From Bacillota bacterium (lineage in GTDB: Bacteria; Bacillota; Desulfotomaculia; Desulfotomaculales; Nap2-2B), in assembly GCA_040755975.1 (NCBI GenBank), contig JBFLZY010000002.1, positions 27,182 to 91,181 of the forward strand: DNA of 64,000 bases, written 5' to 3'. A program made the position numbers and the translations under genes. Shown here one piece after another: positions 20,142-30,488 of the stretch; position 1 is the first letter of the stretch, and every line of letters starts with the position of its first letter. The notes beneath the pieces are model-generated. The model was not told the origin of the DNA. It worked only from the letters and a program-made list of their open reading frames with translations, and searched no databases.

Positions 20142-21449
20142 ATGACCAGGCCGGTTGTTTCTCTGGTAAAGCATACCGACCCGTACAGCTCCTTAAGAAA
20201 AGCGATTGAGCTTTGCGACGGGCTTGCGGGATTAAGCAAAGCAGATAAAATTTTAATCAAGCCGAACATCGTCGCCTGGGACTTCGAGCTACCCTTCCCG
20301 CCCTTCGGGGTGGTGGTCACCAGCGCCGTGATGTCTGCCCTCGTACGTATCCTGGCCGAGGAGGGGTTCCGGAACCTCTCCATCGGCGAAGCCTCCCGGC
20401 CCGTGCCCAAAACGCAGGGAAGGGCCATCTACAGGGTCCTCGGCTACGAAACGCTCAAAGAAAAGTACGGCGTTGAACTGGTCGACTTCAACGAAGAAAA
20501 ATTTGAACCGGTGGATTTCGGGGGCTTCACGTTAAACATAGCCAGAAAGGCCCTGGAGGCGGACAAGATCATCAACCTGCCGGTGCTCAAAACCCACAAC
20601 CAGTGCAAGGTCTCCCTCGGGATAAAAAATTTAAAGGGCCTTCTGGACAGGAAGTCGAAAATATTCTGCCACAACGTCGACCTGGAGCTGGACCACGTCT
20701 TCCCGCACATAATCGAAAAGGTGCCGGTTGCGCTGACCATCATCGACGGGATCTTCGCCCTGGATAGAGGTCCCGGGCCCACCGGCAAGGCCTACCGGAA
20801 AGATCTCCTCGTCGCCTCCCGCGATCCCCTCGCCTGCGACGTGGTCGGCGCGGCGCTCATGGGCTATCCCGCCGGGGAAGTCCCGCACCTGAAGTACTTT
20901 GCTGAACGCCACGGGCGGAGCACGGATCTGGCGGACGTCGTAGTAAGGGGCGAAAAAGTGGAGGAGCACCGCTTCTTTATCCCTTACGACTGGGAATGGA
21001 CCCCGGACGACACCGGACCGGCCGGCTTTGCCAAACGCGGCATAACCGGGCTGGCCGTCAGGAAATACGACAGCACGCTGTGCACGGGGTGCTCGGGCGT
21101 GTTCAACCCCATGCTCATCATGTTCATGTCTGCCTTTAAAGGCGAGCCTTTTCCCGGGGTGGAAGTGATCTCCGGCAAAAAACAATTAGCCGGCAAGGGG
21201 TTCGAAAAAACGGTCCTTTTCGGCAAGTGCGTCTGTGAGCTCAACAAAGACAACCCGAACATCAAAAAAACCATCCCCATCCGGGGCTGCCCGCCCGATT
21301 TAAGGAAGTTCGAAAAGGCGATGCAGGAGGAGGGCATCCCGTGCAACTACGAGGATTACGTGCAGTACCGCCATTACATATACAGCCGGTACAAGGAAAA
21401 AGACGGCTTTGATTTGAATCTGTTCAAAGTAGATCCGTTTCAGGAGTGA
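20142..21449 (+). CDS. DUF362 domain protein with Cys-rich C-terminal extension
   Basis: ILIKPNIV and LPVLKTHNQCKVSLGIKNLKG are typical DUF362 blocks. The C-terminal region carries CTGC...CVC...GCPP. Confidence 0.7.
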   Translation: MTRPVVSLVKHTDPYSSLRKAIELCDGLAGLSKADKILIKPNIVAWDFELPFPPFGVVVTSAVMSALVRILAEEGFRNLSIGEASRPVPKTQGRAIYRVLGYETLKEKYGVELVDFNEEKFEPVDFGGFTLNIARKALEADKIINLPVLKTHNQCKVSLGIKNLKGLLDRKSKIFCHNVDLELDHVFPHIIEKVPVALTIIDGIFALDRGPGPTGKAYRKDLLVASRDPLACDVVGAALMGYPAGEVPHLKYFAERHGRSTDLADVVVRGEKVEEHRFFIPYDWEWTPDDTGPAGFAKRGITGLAVRKYDSTLCTGCSGVFNPMLIMFMSAFKGEPFPGVEVISGKKQLAGKGFEKTVLFGKCVCELNKDNPNIKKTIPIRGCPPDLRKFEKAMQEEGIPCNYEDYVQYRHYIYSRYKEKDGFDLNLFKVDPFQE

Positions 21450-21474
21450 ATTGTGGGAAGAGGAGTTGATTGCT

Positions 21475-22092
21475 GTGGAACTGAGCCAGGTCATCGAAAA
21501 AAGGAGGAGCGTCCGGAAGTTCAAAACCGATCCCGTCCCGGACGGGCACGTGCGGGCCCTGCTGGAAGCCGCCCGGCTGGCGCCGTCCGGAACCAACATT
21601 CAGCCCTGGCGGTTCGTGGTGGTAAAGGACCGGGAGACGAGGCAGAAGCTGAGCGAGTGCACCTTCGGGCTGAGATTTATCGCCCAGGCGCCGGTGGTGA
21701 TCGTGTGCTGTGCGGATGTAAGGGCCGTAGAGGCAAGGCCCCAGAGAATGGCGGAATTGTGGGAGGCGGGTGTTTTTGCGGGCACGGACCTGGAAAGCTT
21801 AAGCCCCGCCGATCTGGCCAGGTTAAGGGCGGACATGGACGAGCAGGCGGCCAGGGCCTACGTAAGCCTGAACACCGCCATCGCCATTGAGCACATGGTT
21901 TTGAGGGCCGTCGATCTGGGGCTCGGGAGCTGCTGGGTAATGATGTTCAGGCCCAGGGAAGTAAAAAAGCTGCTTGGGCTGGGCGAAAATATTCTGGTTG
22001 TCGCCCTGCTGCCCGTGGGCTTTCCCGATCAGGACCCGCCGCCCCGCCCGCGCCTCCCAGGGGAGGATATCTTGTTGGGATGGATTGGCTGA
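21475..22092 (+). CDS. nitroreductase-family flavoprotein
   Basis: ORF 21451-22092; GTG 21475 lies 9 nt after AGGAG. Motifs RRSVRKF and PSGTNIQPWRFVVV. Confidence 0.8.
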   Translation: MELSQVIEKRRSVRKFKTDPVPDGHVRALLEAARLAPSGTNIQPWRFVVVKDRETRQKLSECTFGLRFIAQAPVVIVCCADVRAVEARPQRMAELWEAGVFAGTDLESLSPADLARLRADMDEQAARAYVSLNTAIAIEHMVLRAVDLGLGSCWVMMFRPREVKKLLGLGENILVVALLPVGFPDQDPPPRPRLPGEDILLGWIG

Positions 22093-22097
22093 GGAGC

Positions 22098-22146
22098 TTT
22101 TTTGCCGGTCGACCGTGCCGGCAAGGCACGACCGGTCATGAAAAAA
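22098..22146 (+). other. Intra-operon extended hairpin
   Basis: T6 (22098-103) pairs with A6 (22141-146), CCGGTC with GACCGG, GTGCC with GGCAC, around loop GGCAA. Confidence 0.4.
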
Positions 22147-22179
22147 GACGTAATTTAAGGACTAAAGGAGTTGAGTGCT

Positions 22180-23004
22180 ATGTGCAACTGGTGCGTAAAG
22201 CACGGCGACGGGGGTAAGTGGTATTTAAACACCCAGAACTACGCACAAAAAATGTACAGGCTCCGCCAGAAGGAGGTTAAACGCAAGGGAGCGGAGGCAA
22301 ACCCGCAGACCATGGCCGAAGAGCTGCTGAAAGAGGCGATCGAAGCGCGCACCGTCAACCCGGAGAACTTCCCCATGCTCAAAGAGCGGGCCGAGCAGCT
22401 GAGCCACGCCGTCCACTTCGGGCAGGTGGTCACTCTCCAGGAGGTCCAGGCCATCATGGAAATCGCCTACCCGATCGCCCGGATGACCTGTGCCTGCAGG
22501 AGGCAGGTGAGGGCGCTCAATGATTCCGACAACTTCTTCTGCATGGGCCTGGGCGTGGGCATGTTTAAATGGGAAAGGTGGCCGGAAACCTACCGGGGCG
22601 GCGTTGAGTTTCTGGGTCCAAAGGAAGCCAAGGAGTGGCTCGCCGCGGTCAACAAAAAAGGGGCCGTGCACACCTTTTGGACCTTCGGAACCCCGTATAT
22701 CGGGGGCATTTGCAACTGCGAGTACCCCGTTTGCCTGGGGATCAGAAACCGCCTGGATTACGACCTGAAGATCCTGATCAAGGGCCATTACGTGGCCGTG
22801 GTGGATTATTCCAGGTGCACGGGCTGCGGGACGTGCGTCGAGCGCTGCCAGTTTGGGGCCGTCCGCCTGGAGGTTTCTCTCGGCAGGGCAAACGTGAACA
22901 TGCTTAAGTGCTTTGGCTGCGGACTCTGCGAGACGGGGTGCCCCCACGAGGCGATCAGCATGGTGGAGCGCGAAAAGATACCTTTTCTGGCAAATGAATG
23001 GTAG
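22180..23004 (+). CDS. Cys-rich iron-sulfur protein: novel N-terminal CxxC domain + C-terminal 2x[4Fe-4S] ferredoxin domain
   Basis: ORF 22171-23004; ATG 22180 lies 9 nt after AAAGGAG. N-terminus MCNWCVKHGDGGKWYL; CTGCGTCVERC and CFGCGLCETGCP motifs. Confidence 0.7.
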   Translation: MCNWCVKHGDGGKWYLNTQNYAQKMYRLRQKEVKRKGAEANPQTMAEELLKEAIEARTVNPENFPMLKERAEQLSHAVHFGQVVTLQEVQAIMEIAYPIARMTCACRRQVRALNDSDNFFCMGLGVGMFKWERWPETYRGGVEFLGPKEAKEWLAAVNKKGAVHTFWTFGTPYIGGICNCEYPVCLGIRNRLDYDLKILIKGHYVAVVDYSRCTGCGTCVERCQFGAVRLEVSLGRANVNMLKCFGCGLCETGCPHEAISMVEREKIPFLANEW

Positions 23005-23020
23005 CCGGAGGTGCATGGTG

Positions 23021-23302
23021 ATGAGGAAAGATCTGCTTGCCGTTGACGCAAACCTCTGTAAGAGCCCCCTGGAGTGCGGGCTCTGCCTGCAGGTTTGCCC
23101 CCAGGCCGTTTTCAAGGCCTTGCCGGGGAAAGTTTACAAGTTTAAAGAAACGCCGGAGGAGGAGTACGTCCTCAAGCCTTACTACTGGATGGCCTGCACC
23201 GGCTGCGGGGAATGCGTCCGTGTTTGCCCCTCCGGCGCCATCACGCTACGGTTTGACGGCTGCCTTGAAGGGAGTGTTTCCGTTGGCCAGAACTTATCCT
23301 GA
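23021..23302 (+). CDS. small 2x[4Fe-4S] ferredoxin
   Basis: Part of ORF 22913-23302; ATG 23015 or 23021 follows GGAGGTG. Motifs CKSPLECGLCLQVCP and CTGCGECVRVCP. Confidence 0.7.
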   Translation: MRKDLLAVDANLCKSPLECGLCLQVCPQAVFKALPGKVYKFKETPEEEYVLKPYYWMACTGCGECVRVCPSGAITLRFDGCLEGSVSVGQNLS

Positions 23303-23834
23303 ATACGATTACGATCTGCCGGAAGGCCTGCTTCAGGAATTGAGCGGCCTGTCTGTTTCTGCCCTGGCTGATGAGCTTTCCGGCCGGGCAGGGACTGAGG
23401 AGGAGTTGACGGACTTTTTCCACAGCTACGGTGTTCGTCTGACCGAAAAGGTCTTGAGGGCCGGAAAAAAGTACAAAGACCGCACCTGCGCGGTGATGGA
23501 AGAAGCAGCCCAAAAAACAGGCCTTGTCTTTCCCGGTATTCCTCAGCGTTTCATCGAGATCTGGTTCCTGGCTACCCGTCCTCAGGACAAGTGGAAGATC
23601 GTGGAAAGTACGGCCAGGCGTTTTGTTTTTACCGTCCGGGAGTGCTTTATTTACCAGTTGATTAAGGAAAAGCATCCCTTAACCTCATTTCTTCCCTGCC
23701 GGGAAGGGTGTCTTACGTTTTTAAAGGGAATCTATCAAGAACTGGGGTTGCCGGTAAGGGTAGAAATCGTCCAGGATATGGAAAGGGACGGGAACTGCCG
23801 CTTCAGCTGCGAACTAGTGCAGGACCGGTCGTGA
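23283..23834 (+). CDS. Cys-containing hypothetical protein (possibly ATC-hydrolase-like fold; unverified)
   Basis: 3' part of ORF 23037-23834; TTG 23283 lies 9 nt after GAAGGGAG. Ends ...ERDGNCRFSCELV. No motif I can assign firmly. Confidence 0.5.
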   Translation: MARTYPEYDYDLPEGLLQELSGLSVSALADELSGRAGTEEELTDFFHSYGVRLTEKVLRAGKKYKDRTCAVMEEAAQKTGLVFPGIPQRFIEIWFLATRPQDKWKIVESTARRFVFTVRECFIYQLIKEKHPLTSFLPCREGCLTFLKGIYQELGLPVRVEIVQDMERDGNCRFSCELVQDRS

Positions 23835-23895
23835 AAAAACGGGCGGGTGCGATTCGTGTTGAACCATCAAAAGATAGTGGAGCAAAGATCTGGAG

Positions 23896-24732
23896 GTGAG
23901 AAGCATGGAGGTAAAAAGGGAGAGCGGATTGATCCAGTCATTTGACGGTACGGACCTGTTTTGCGCTAAAGACCTGGTAGGCAGTCCCAGCGCTGTCGTA
24001 GTCATTGCTCATGGTCTGGCTGAACACCACAAAAGATACGATTATTTTACAGGCAAGCTGAACAGCTTTGGCTATAGTCTCTACAGGTATGATCAGAGGG
24101 GACACGGGAAATCCGGCGGAGAAAGAGGCTACTTGCCCAGGTATGATACACTTTTTGAAGACGCAAATGTTGTGGTCAATTATGCAAAGCGAGAGAATCC
24201 TAACGTACCTGTGTTTTTATTCGGACACAGCATGGGTGGCCTTACAGCAGTTGGGTACTGTATAAAATACCCGGGTAAGGTGAATGGTGTTATTCTTTCG
24301 GGTACTCTGTGCGCAGACTTTGCTGGACAGTTAAAAAACATACCAGTTGAGTTAGATCCAGTGACAAAGTTTCCCAATAATCTTGCCAGCCTGTTGAGTA
24401 AAGATCCAGAGGTAGTAAAGGCTTACGAGGAAGACCCAATGGTCATAAAAGAAATAACGATAGGAGCTTTTGTCCAGCTTAAAAAAGCAGTGGAATGGTT
24501 TAATTCGGATGACAACCTGCAAAAGATTATCTATCCCATTCTAGTACTTCACGGCGGAGCAGATATGATTGTATCTCCGGAGGATTCAAAGCATTTGTAC
24601 AATAGTATTTCCTCCGAGGACAAGCAAATCAAGATATATGAGGGGCTCTACCATGAGATCCTGAACGAAAAGGCAAAAGACGAAATTGTTGATGCGATCC
24701 GTGATTGGATAGAAAAAAGACTGACCTGTTGA
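23896..24732 (+). CDS. alpha/beta hydrolase, monoacylglycerol-lipase / lysophospholipase-like
   Basis: HGLAEH...RY, DQRGHGKS, nucleophile elbow GHSMGG. AT-richer than its neighbours. Confidence 0.8.
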   Translation: MRSMEVKRESGLIQSFDGTDLFCAKDLVGSPSAVVVIAHGLAEHHKRYDYFTGKLNSFGYSLYRYDQRGHGKSGGERGYLPRYDTLFEDANVVVNYAKRENPNVPVFLFGHSMGGLTAVGYCIKYPGKVNGVILSGTLCADFAGQLKNIPVELDPVTKFPNNLASLLSKDPEVVKAYEEDPMVIKEITIGAFVQLKKAVEWFNSDDNLQKIIYPILVLHGGADMIVSPEDSKHLYNSISSEDKQIKIYEGLYHEILNEKAKDEIVDAIRDWIEKRLTC

Positions 24733-24747
24733 GGCCTTGATCATTAA

Positions 24748-26271
<1,524 letters not shown>

Positions 26272-26311
26272 GAGACGTAGCGAAGGGGAAAGTGAGCGAC
26301 CGGAGTTTTGG

Positions 26312-27931
26312 ATGGTTTGGATGGATATGAACACGGATAGTGTCCAGGTGGTGGTAATCGGCGGCGGCGTCACCGGTACGGGTATTCTTCGTGACCTTGC
26401 CATGAGGGGTATACCGGCGGTGCTGGTGGAGCAGGGGGGCCTTGCCAACGGCACCAGTTCCCGTTTTCACGGGCTGCTGCACAGCGGCGCCCGCTATGCT
26501 GTCGTGGACAGGGAAGCCGCCCGGGAATGCTTGAAAGAAAACAGGATCTTGCAGAGGATAGCTCCCAATTGGGTTGAACCTACCGGCGGGATCTTTGTCC
26601 AGCTGCCCGGAGATGACCCGGATTATGCGGGCAGGTGGGTTGCAGCCTGTAAAGAAGTAGGCATTATCCCTGAAGAAATCGACGTGCGGGAGCTTACCAA
26701 ATCGAATCCCGCCCTGAACTCCAGCATTACCAGGGCTTTTAAGGTTCCCGACGGCACGGTGGACGGCTACCAGGTAATTTGGGGCAACGTCAATTCGGCA
26801 CGCCGGTACGGGGCGAGAGTATTGACGTATTCCAGGGTCACCGCCATTCACCAAAGCAACGGCAGCGTCGCCGGAGTGGAATTAACCAGCACACTCACCG
26901 GGGAAAAGAAGCTTATTGAGTGCCAGATGGTGATCAACGCAGCCGGGCCGTGGGCAAAAGAGGTCGCGGCCATGGCCGGGGTGGAAGTTAACGTTGCCAG
27001 GGACAAGGGCACCTTGATTACCTTTAACCACAGGCTGACCAACCAGGTGTTAAACCGTTTACGGCCGCCGGGAGATGGGGACATCTTCGTGCCTCACGGT
27101 ACCGTTACCATTTTTGGCACTACGTCAGCTTATGTCGGTGAACCCGACCATACCCGGCCTGAATTTCGGGAAGTCCTGGACCTGGTTAAAATCGGCAGCG
27201 AGGTGATTCCGGATTTGGAAAAGTACAGGTTGATCAGGGCCTTTGCCGGGGTGCGGCCCCTTTACCAATCCGGAACTGCGGCCTGCGGGAGGTCGCTCAG
27301 CAGATATTTTACCATCCTGGATCACCAGCAGTTGGACGGGCTGGCCGGGTTTATCAGCATTGTGGGGGGCAAGTTTACCACCTTTCGTCTGATGGCGGAG
27401 AAAACGGTGGACCTGGTGGCCCGGAGGCTGGGGGTTAACGCACCCTGCCGTACTGCTTGGGAATTGTTGGCCGATCCGGTGCCGGAGAGTTTGCTCAGGC
27501 GGGGCAGGAAAATCTTCGGGTCGCCAGGGGCGCAAAAGGCCGCAAAAAGACTGGGCGACGGTTTTGCCGGGTTAGTGCGGCAGGCTGAGGAGGACCCGCA
27601 AAAACGCCGGGTGATTTGCGAATGCGAACTGGTCAGCCTGGGTGAAATTGAGCATGCGGCGCTGAGCGGGGATTGCTTTACCCTCGGAGACGTCCGCCGC
27701 AAAACCAGAATGGGCATGGGGACTTGCCAGGGCGCCTTTTGCGGTTGCCGTGCGCTGGGGATGTTAAACAATTACCCGGGGTTTGCCGGCAACTACCGGA
27801 TGCATCTGGCGGATTACTTGCAAGAGCGCTGGAAGGGTATCCGGCCGGTGCTGTGGGGCCACCAGTTACGGGAGGCCCAGTTGTCGTTGGGAGTTTACTG
27901 CGCGCTGTTGTGTTTGGAGAGAATGAAATGA
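26312..27931 (+). CDS. glpA: anaerobic glycerol-3-phosphate dehydrogenase subunit A
   Basis: ORF 26177-27931; start 26312-26327. FAD fold VVVIGGGVTGTG and a C-terminal BFD-like 2Fe-2S region CECE...CQGAFC. Confidence 0.9.
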   Translation: MVWMDMNTDSVQVVVIGGGVTGTGILRDLAMRGIPAVLVEQGGLANGTSSRFHGLLHSGARYAVVDREAARECLKENRILQRIAPNWVEPTGGIFVQLPGDDPDYAGRWVAACKEVGIIPEEIDVRELTKSNPALNSSITRAFKVPDGTVDGYQVIWGNVNSARRYGARVLTYSRVTAIHQSNGSVAGVELTSTLTGEKKLIECQMVINAAGPWAKEVAAMAGVEVNVARDKGTLITFNHRLTNQVLNRLRPPGDGDIFVPHGTVTIFGTTSAYVGEPDHTRPEFREVLDLVKIGSEVIPDLEKYRLIRAFAGVRPLYQSGTAACGRSLSRYFTILDHQQLDGLAGFISIVGGKFTTFRLMAEKTVDLVARRLGVNAPCRTAWELLADPVPESLLRRGRKIFGSPGAQKAAKRLGDGFAGLVRQAEEDPQKRRVICECELVSLGEIEHAALSGDCFTLGDVRRKTRMGMGTCQGAFCGCRALGMLNNYPGFAGNYRMHLADYLQERWKGIRPVLWGHQLREAQLSLGVYCALLCLERMK

Positions 27932-29199
27932 TCCTTGACGGCTTTGACGTAGCAATAATCGGAGCGGGCCTCTCTGGGCTGACGGCTGCCGCCAAAGCTG
28001 CCGAAGAGGGAAAAAAGGTGTTGGTGGTGGCCAAAGGGGCAGGGGTGGTGGAACTTTCCTCGGGCTGTATCGATCTCTGGGGCTACTGCCTGGACCGGCC
28101 GCACCAGGTGTGCCGGCGGCCCCTGGACGAGATTGCCAGTCTAGTGGCAGTCAACCCGGATCACCCGTACGCAAAGGTATGGGACGTGCTGGAGGAAAGC
28201 CTCGATTTTTTCCTGCGGGTGTGTTCTGAAAACGATTGCCCTTACCTTGAAAAGCGGGGAGGCAACTGGTTGCTGCCCACTGCCTTGGGCACAGTCCGGC
28301 CCACCTATCTGGCCCCCGCAACCATGGCGGTGGAGTCCCTCGAGTTGGCTAAAGGGATATTGGTGGTAGGTTTCCGTGAACTCAAGGATTTTTATCCCGA
28401 AGTGCTGGCGGCAAACCTGAAACGCAACCTTGAACTGAATCCCGGCTGTCGCCTGAGCGCCGCCATGGTCAGTGTAGGCGGGGGTGAGCTTACCCCCAAC
28501 GCGTTGGCGAACCGCCTGGAGCAGCCGGAAGTGTTGACCGGGGTAATCAGCCAGGTAAAACCGCTTCTGTCGCCCGGCTATCTGGCGCTATTCCCGCCGG
28601 TGCTGGGGGAGCGCAGGAATGCCAGGGTGGCCGGGGATCTGGCCGAAGGTCTGGAATGTCCGGCATATGAGGTGGCCAATATACCGCCGGCCCTACCCGG
28701 TCAGCGGTTATACCGGACCCTGCTGCACCATTTAAAAAACCTGGGGGTGGAGGTGATTATCGGTTCTCAAGTGACCGGGGCAGATATTTCCGGCCGGCGC
28801 TGCCTGGGGATAACTGCTGCGGGGGCCACCGGGACTTTGAAAATATCGGCCCGTACATTCGTGTTGGCCACCGGTTCCTTCCTTGGAGGCGGACTGGAAG
28901 CCGGACCGGGGCGGGTTTATGAACCGGTTTTCAACCTGCCCGTGACGGCTGCCCGAGGAGAATGGTCGGAGAAGGATTTTTTATGCCTCGGGGGGCATCC
29001 CTTCAGCAGGTTCGGTATAGCGGTAAATGAACGGCTCCAGCCGTTGGACGGCCGGGGCCGGGTACTGGTAGAGAATTTGATGGTTACCGGCGCCAGCCTG
29101 GCCGGCTGCGACTACACGGTTGAAAAGTGTGGTAACGGGGTGGCGGTGGCCACGGGATACAAGGCCGGCAAGCTGGCGGCGGGGGAGGTGGTACGGTGA
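27928..29199 (+). CDS. glpB: anaerobic glycerol-3-phosphate dehydrogenase subunit B
   Basis: ATGA overlap with the glpA stop. N-terminus FDVAIIGAGLSGL. Sits between glpA and glpC. Confidence 0.85.
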   Translation: MILDGFDVAIIGAGLSGLTAAAKAAEEGKKVLVVAKGAGVVELSSGCIDLWGYCLDRPHQVCRRPLDEIASLVAVNPDHPYAKVWDVLEESLDFFLRVCSENDCPYLEKRGGNWLLPTALGTVRPTYLAPATMAVESLELAKGILVVGFRELKDFYPEVLAANLKRNLELNPGCRLSAAMVSVGGGELTPNALANRLEQPEVLTGVISQVKPLLSPGYLALFPPVLGERRNARVAGDLAEGLECPAYEVANIPPALPGQRLYRTLLHHLKNLGVEVIIGSQVTGADISGRRCLGITAAGATGTLKISARTFVLATGSFLGGGLEAGPGRVYEPVFNLPVTAARGEWSEKDFLCLGGHPFSRFGIAVNERLQPLDGRGRVLVENLMVTGASLAGCDYTVEKCGNGVAVATGYKAGKLAAGEVVR

Positions 29200-30488
29200 G
29201 TTGCGCCGATGAGCTTATGCTGGATAGCTGCATAAAATGTTCTATTTGTGTCGCCCACTGTCCCGTAGCCCGGGTTTCTGATCAGTTTGCGGGGCCAAAA
29301 CAGAACGGTCCCGACCTGGAGCGCTTCAGGCTGGAGGGGCCGGATGCGGTTTCTTCCCAGGCGGTTTATTGTACAAACTGCAAGAATTGTGACGTGGCCT
29401 GTCCATCCGGTGTCAGCGTTTCGGCGATGATTTCCAGGGCTAAGGGGGAACTGGTGGCCCGGCAAGGGGCCGCCCTGCGGGATCGGTTGATGGCCAGGAC
29501 GGAATTGCTGGGCAGAGCCAACCGCATATCACCGGCACTGGTAAACTGGTGCACGAAAAGCAAGCCCTTAAGACGGCTGGGTGAAAAAATATTCGGCATC
29601 AGCGCGGAAATGACCCTGCCCCGCTATGCCGAAAAGACTTTTTACGATCTGTATGCGCTAAAAAATCAGTTTTTTAAGGAGAATCTCTTCGGCGCAAAAC
29701 ACGCTGCTGTGGTCTATTTCCCCGGTTGTTACGTGATCTACAACCGCCCGGAAGCAGGTCTGGCGCTGATGGACGTTTTGGTCAGAAACGGCGTCCGGGT
29801 GCTGGTGGACAGATTAGACTGCTGCGGTTTGCCCCTCATTTCCAATGGATTCTTGACCGAGGCTAGAAAGTGTGCCCAAAAGAATATTCAACAATTGGAG
29901 GGCTACTTTGTCCGCGGTTACCAGGTAATAACGTCCTGCCCCAGCTGTAAACTGGTTTTGAAGAGGGAGTACAAGGAACTGTTCGGGTTAGGAAGTGCCG
30001 GCCTGTCAGGTGATCAGGTTGTTGATATTTTTGAATATCTGCAAACAATGGTCAGGCGCGGTAAGCTGGATAGAGGTTTTAATCCCCTGCCGATGCGGGT
30101 GGGTTACCATCAGCCCTGTCATTTAAAAGCGGGTGGGTATGGTGTGCCCTCCAAAGAGTTAATGGGATTAATTCCCGGGCTTCGGGTCGAGGACCTGGAT
30201 TCCGGATGCTGCGGGCTTTCCGGGAACTACGGTTTCAAGCGGGAAAAGTACGCGAACAGTATGGCGATTGGCAGGGAGGTATTCCGGACGGTAAAAGAAA
30301 TGGGGATAAAACATGTGGTGACCGAATGCGGAATCTGCCAGCTGCAAATCAACCACGGGACAGGAGCGGCGGTTTATCACCCTGTCGAGTTACTGGCGAA
30401 GGCATATGGGTATTGCGGTTATTCCCGTGCACAAAACTCAGGTATTCAATCCCGGAGGTGTGAAAATGTCTTTGAAAACGGCAAATGA
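29196..30488 (+). CDS. glpC: anaerobic glycerol-3-phosphate dehydrogenase subunit C (Fe-S, CCG domains)
   Basis: GTGA overlap with glpB. Motifs CIKCSICVAHCP and CTNCKNCDVACP, plus two CCG-type Cys-rich repeats. Confidence 0.85.
   Translation: MSCADELMLDSCIKCSICVAHCPVARVSDQFAGPKQNGPDLERFRLEGPDAVSSQAVYCTNCKNCDVACPSGVSVSAMISRAKGELVARQGAALRDRLMARTELLGRANRISPALVNWCTKSKPLRRLGEKIFGISAEMTLPRYAEKTFYDLYALKNQFFKENLFGAKHAAVVYFPGCYVIYNRPEAGLALMDVLVRNGVRVLVDRLDCCGLPLISNGFLTEARKCAQKNIQQLEGYFVRGYQVITSCPSCKLVLKREYKELFGLGSAGLSGDQVVDIFEYLQTMVRRGKLDRGFNPLPMRVGYHQPCHLKAGGYGVPSKELMGLIPGLRVEDLDSGCCGLSGNYGFKREKYANSMAIGREVFRTVKEMGIKHVVTECGICQLQINHGTGAAVYHPVELLAKAYGYCGYSRAQNSGIQSRRCENVFENGK

Noticed and set aside
19007-20428. 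A 473-aa ORF antisense to abfD1/DUF362, and similar long antisense ORFs (25144-26454, 30580-31470, 32217-33119, 33856-34707, 17846-18628, 1347-2024, 22225-23115).
   Set aside because: They lie fully inside well-supported sense genes. Their products are Gly/Arg/Pro/His-rich low-complexity sequence with no motifs. In GC-rich DNA with GC-rich third positions, stop-free shadow frames of this size are expected.
23037-23282. The N-terminal 82 codons of track ORF 23037-23834.
   Set aside because: This part overlaps the ferredoxin gene in another frame and is Arg/Pro/Ser-rich. The plausible start (TTG 23283 with GAAGGGAG) lies downstream.
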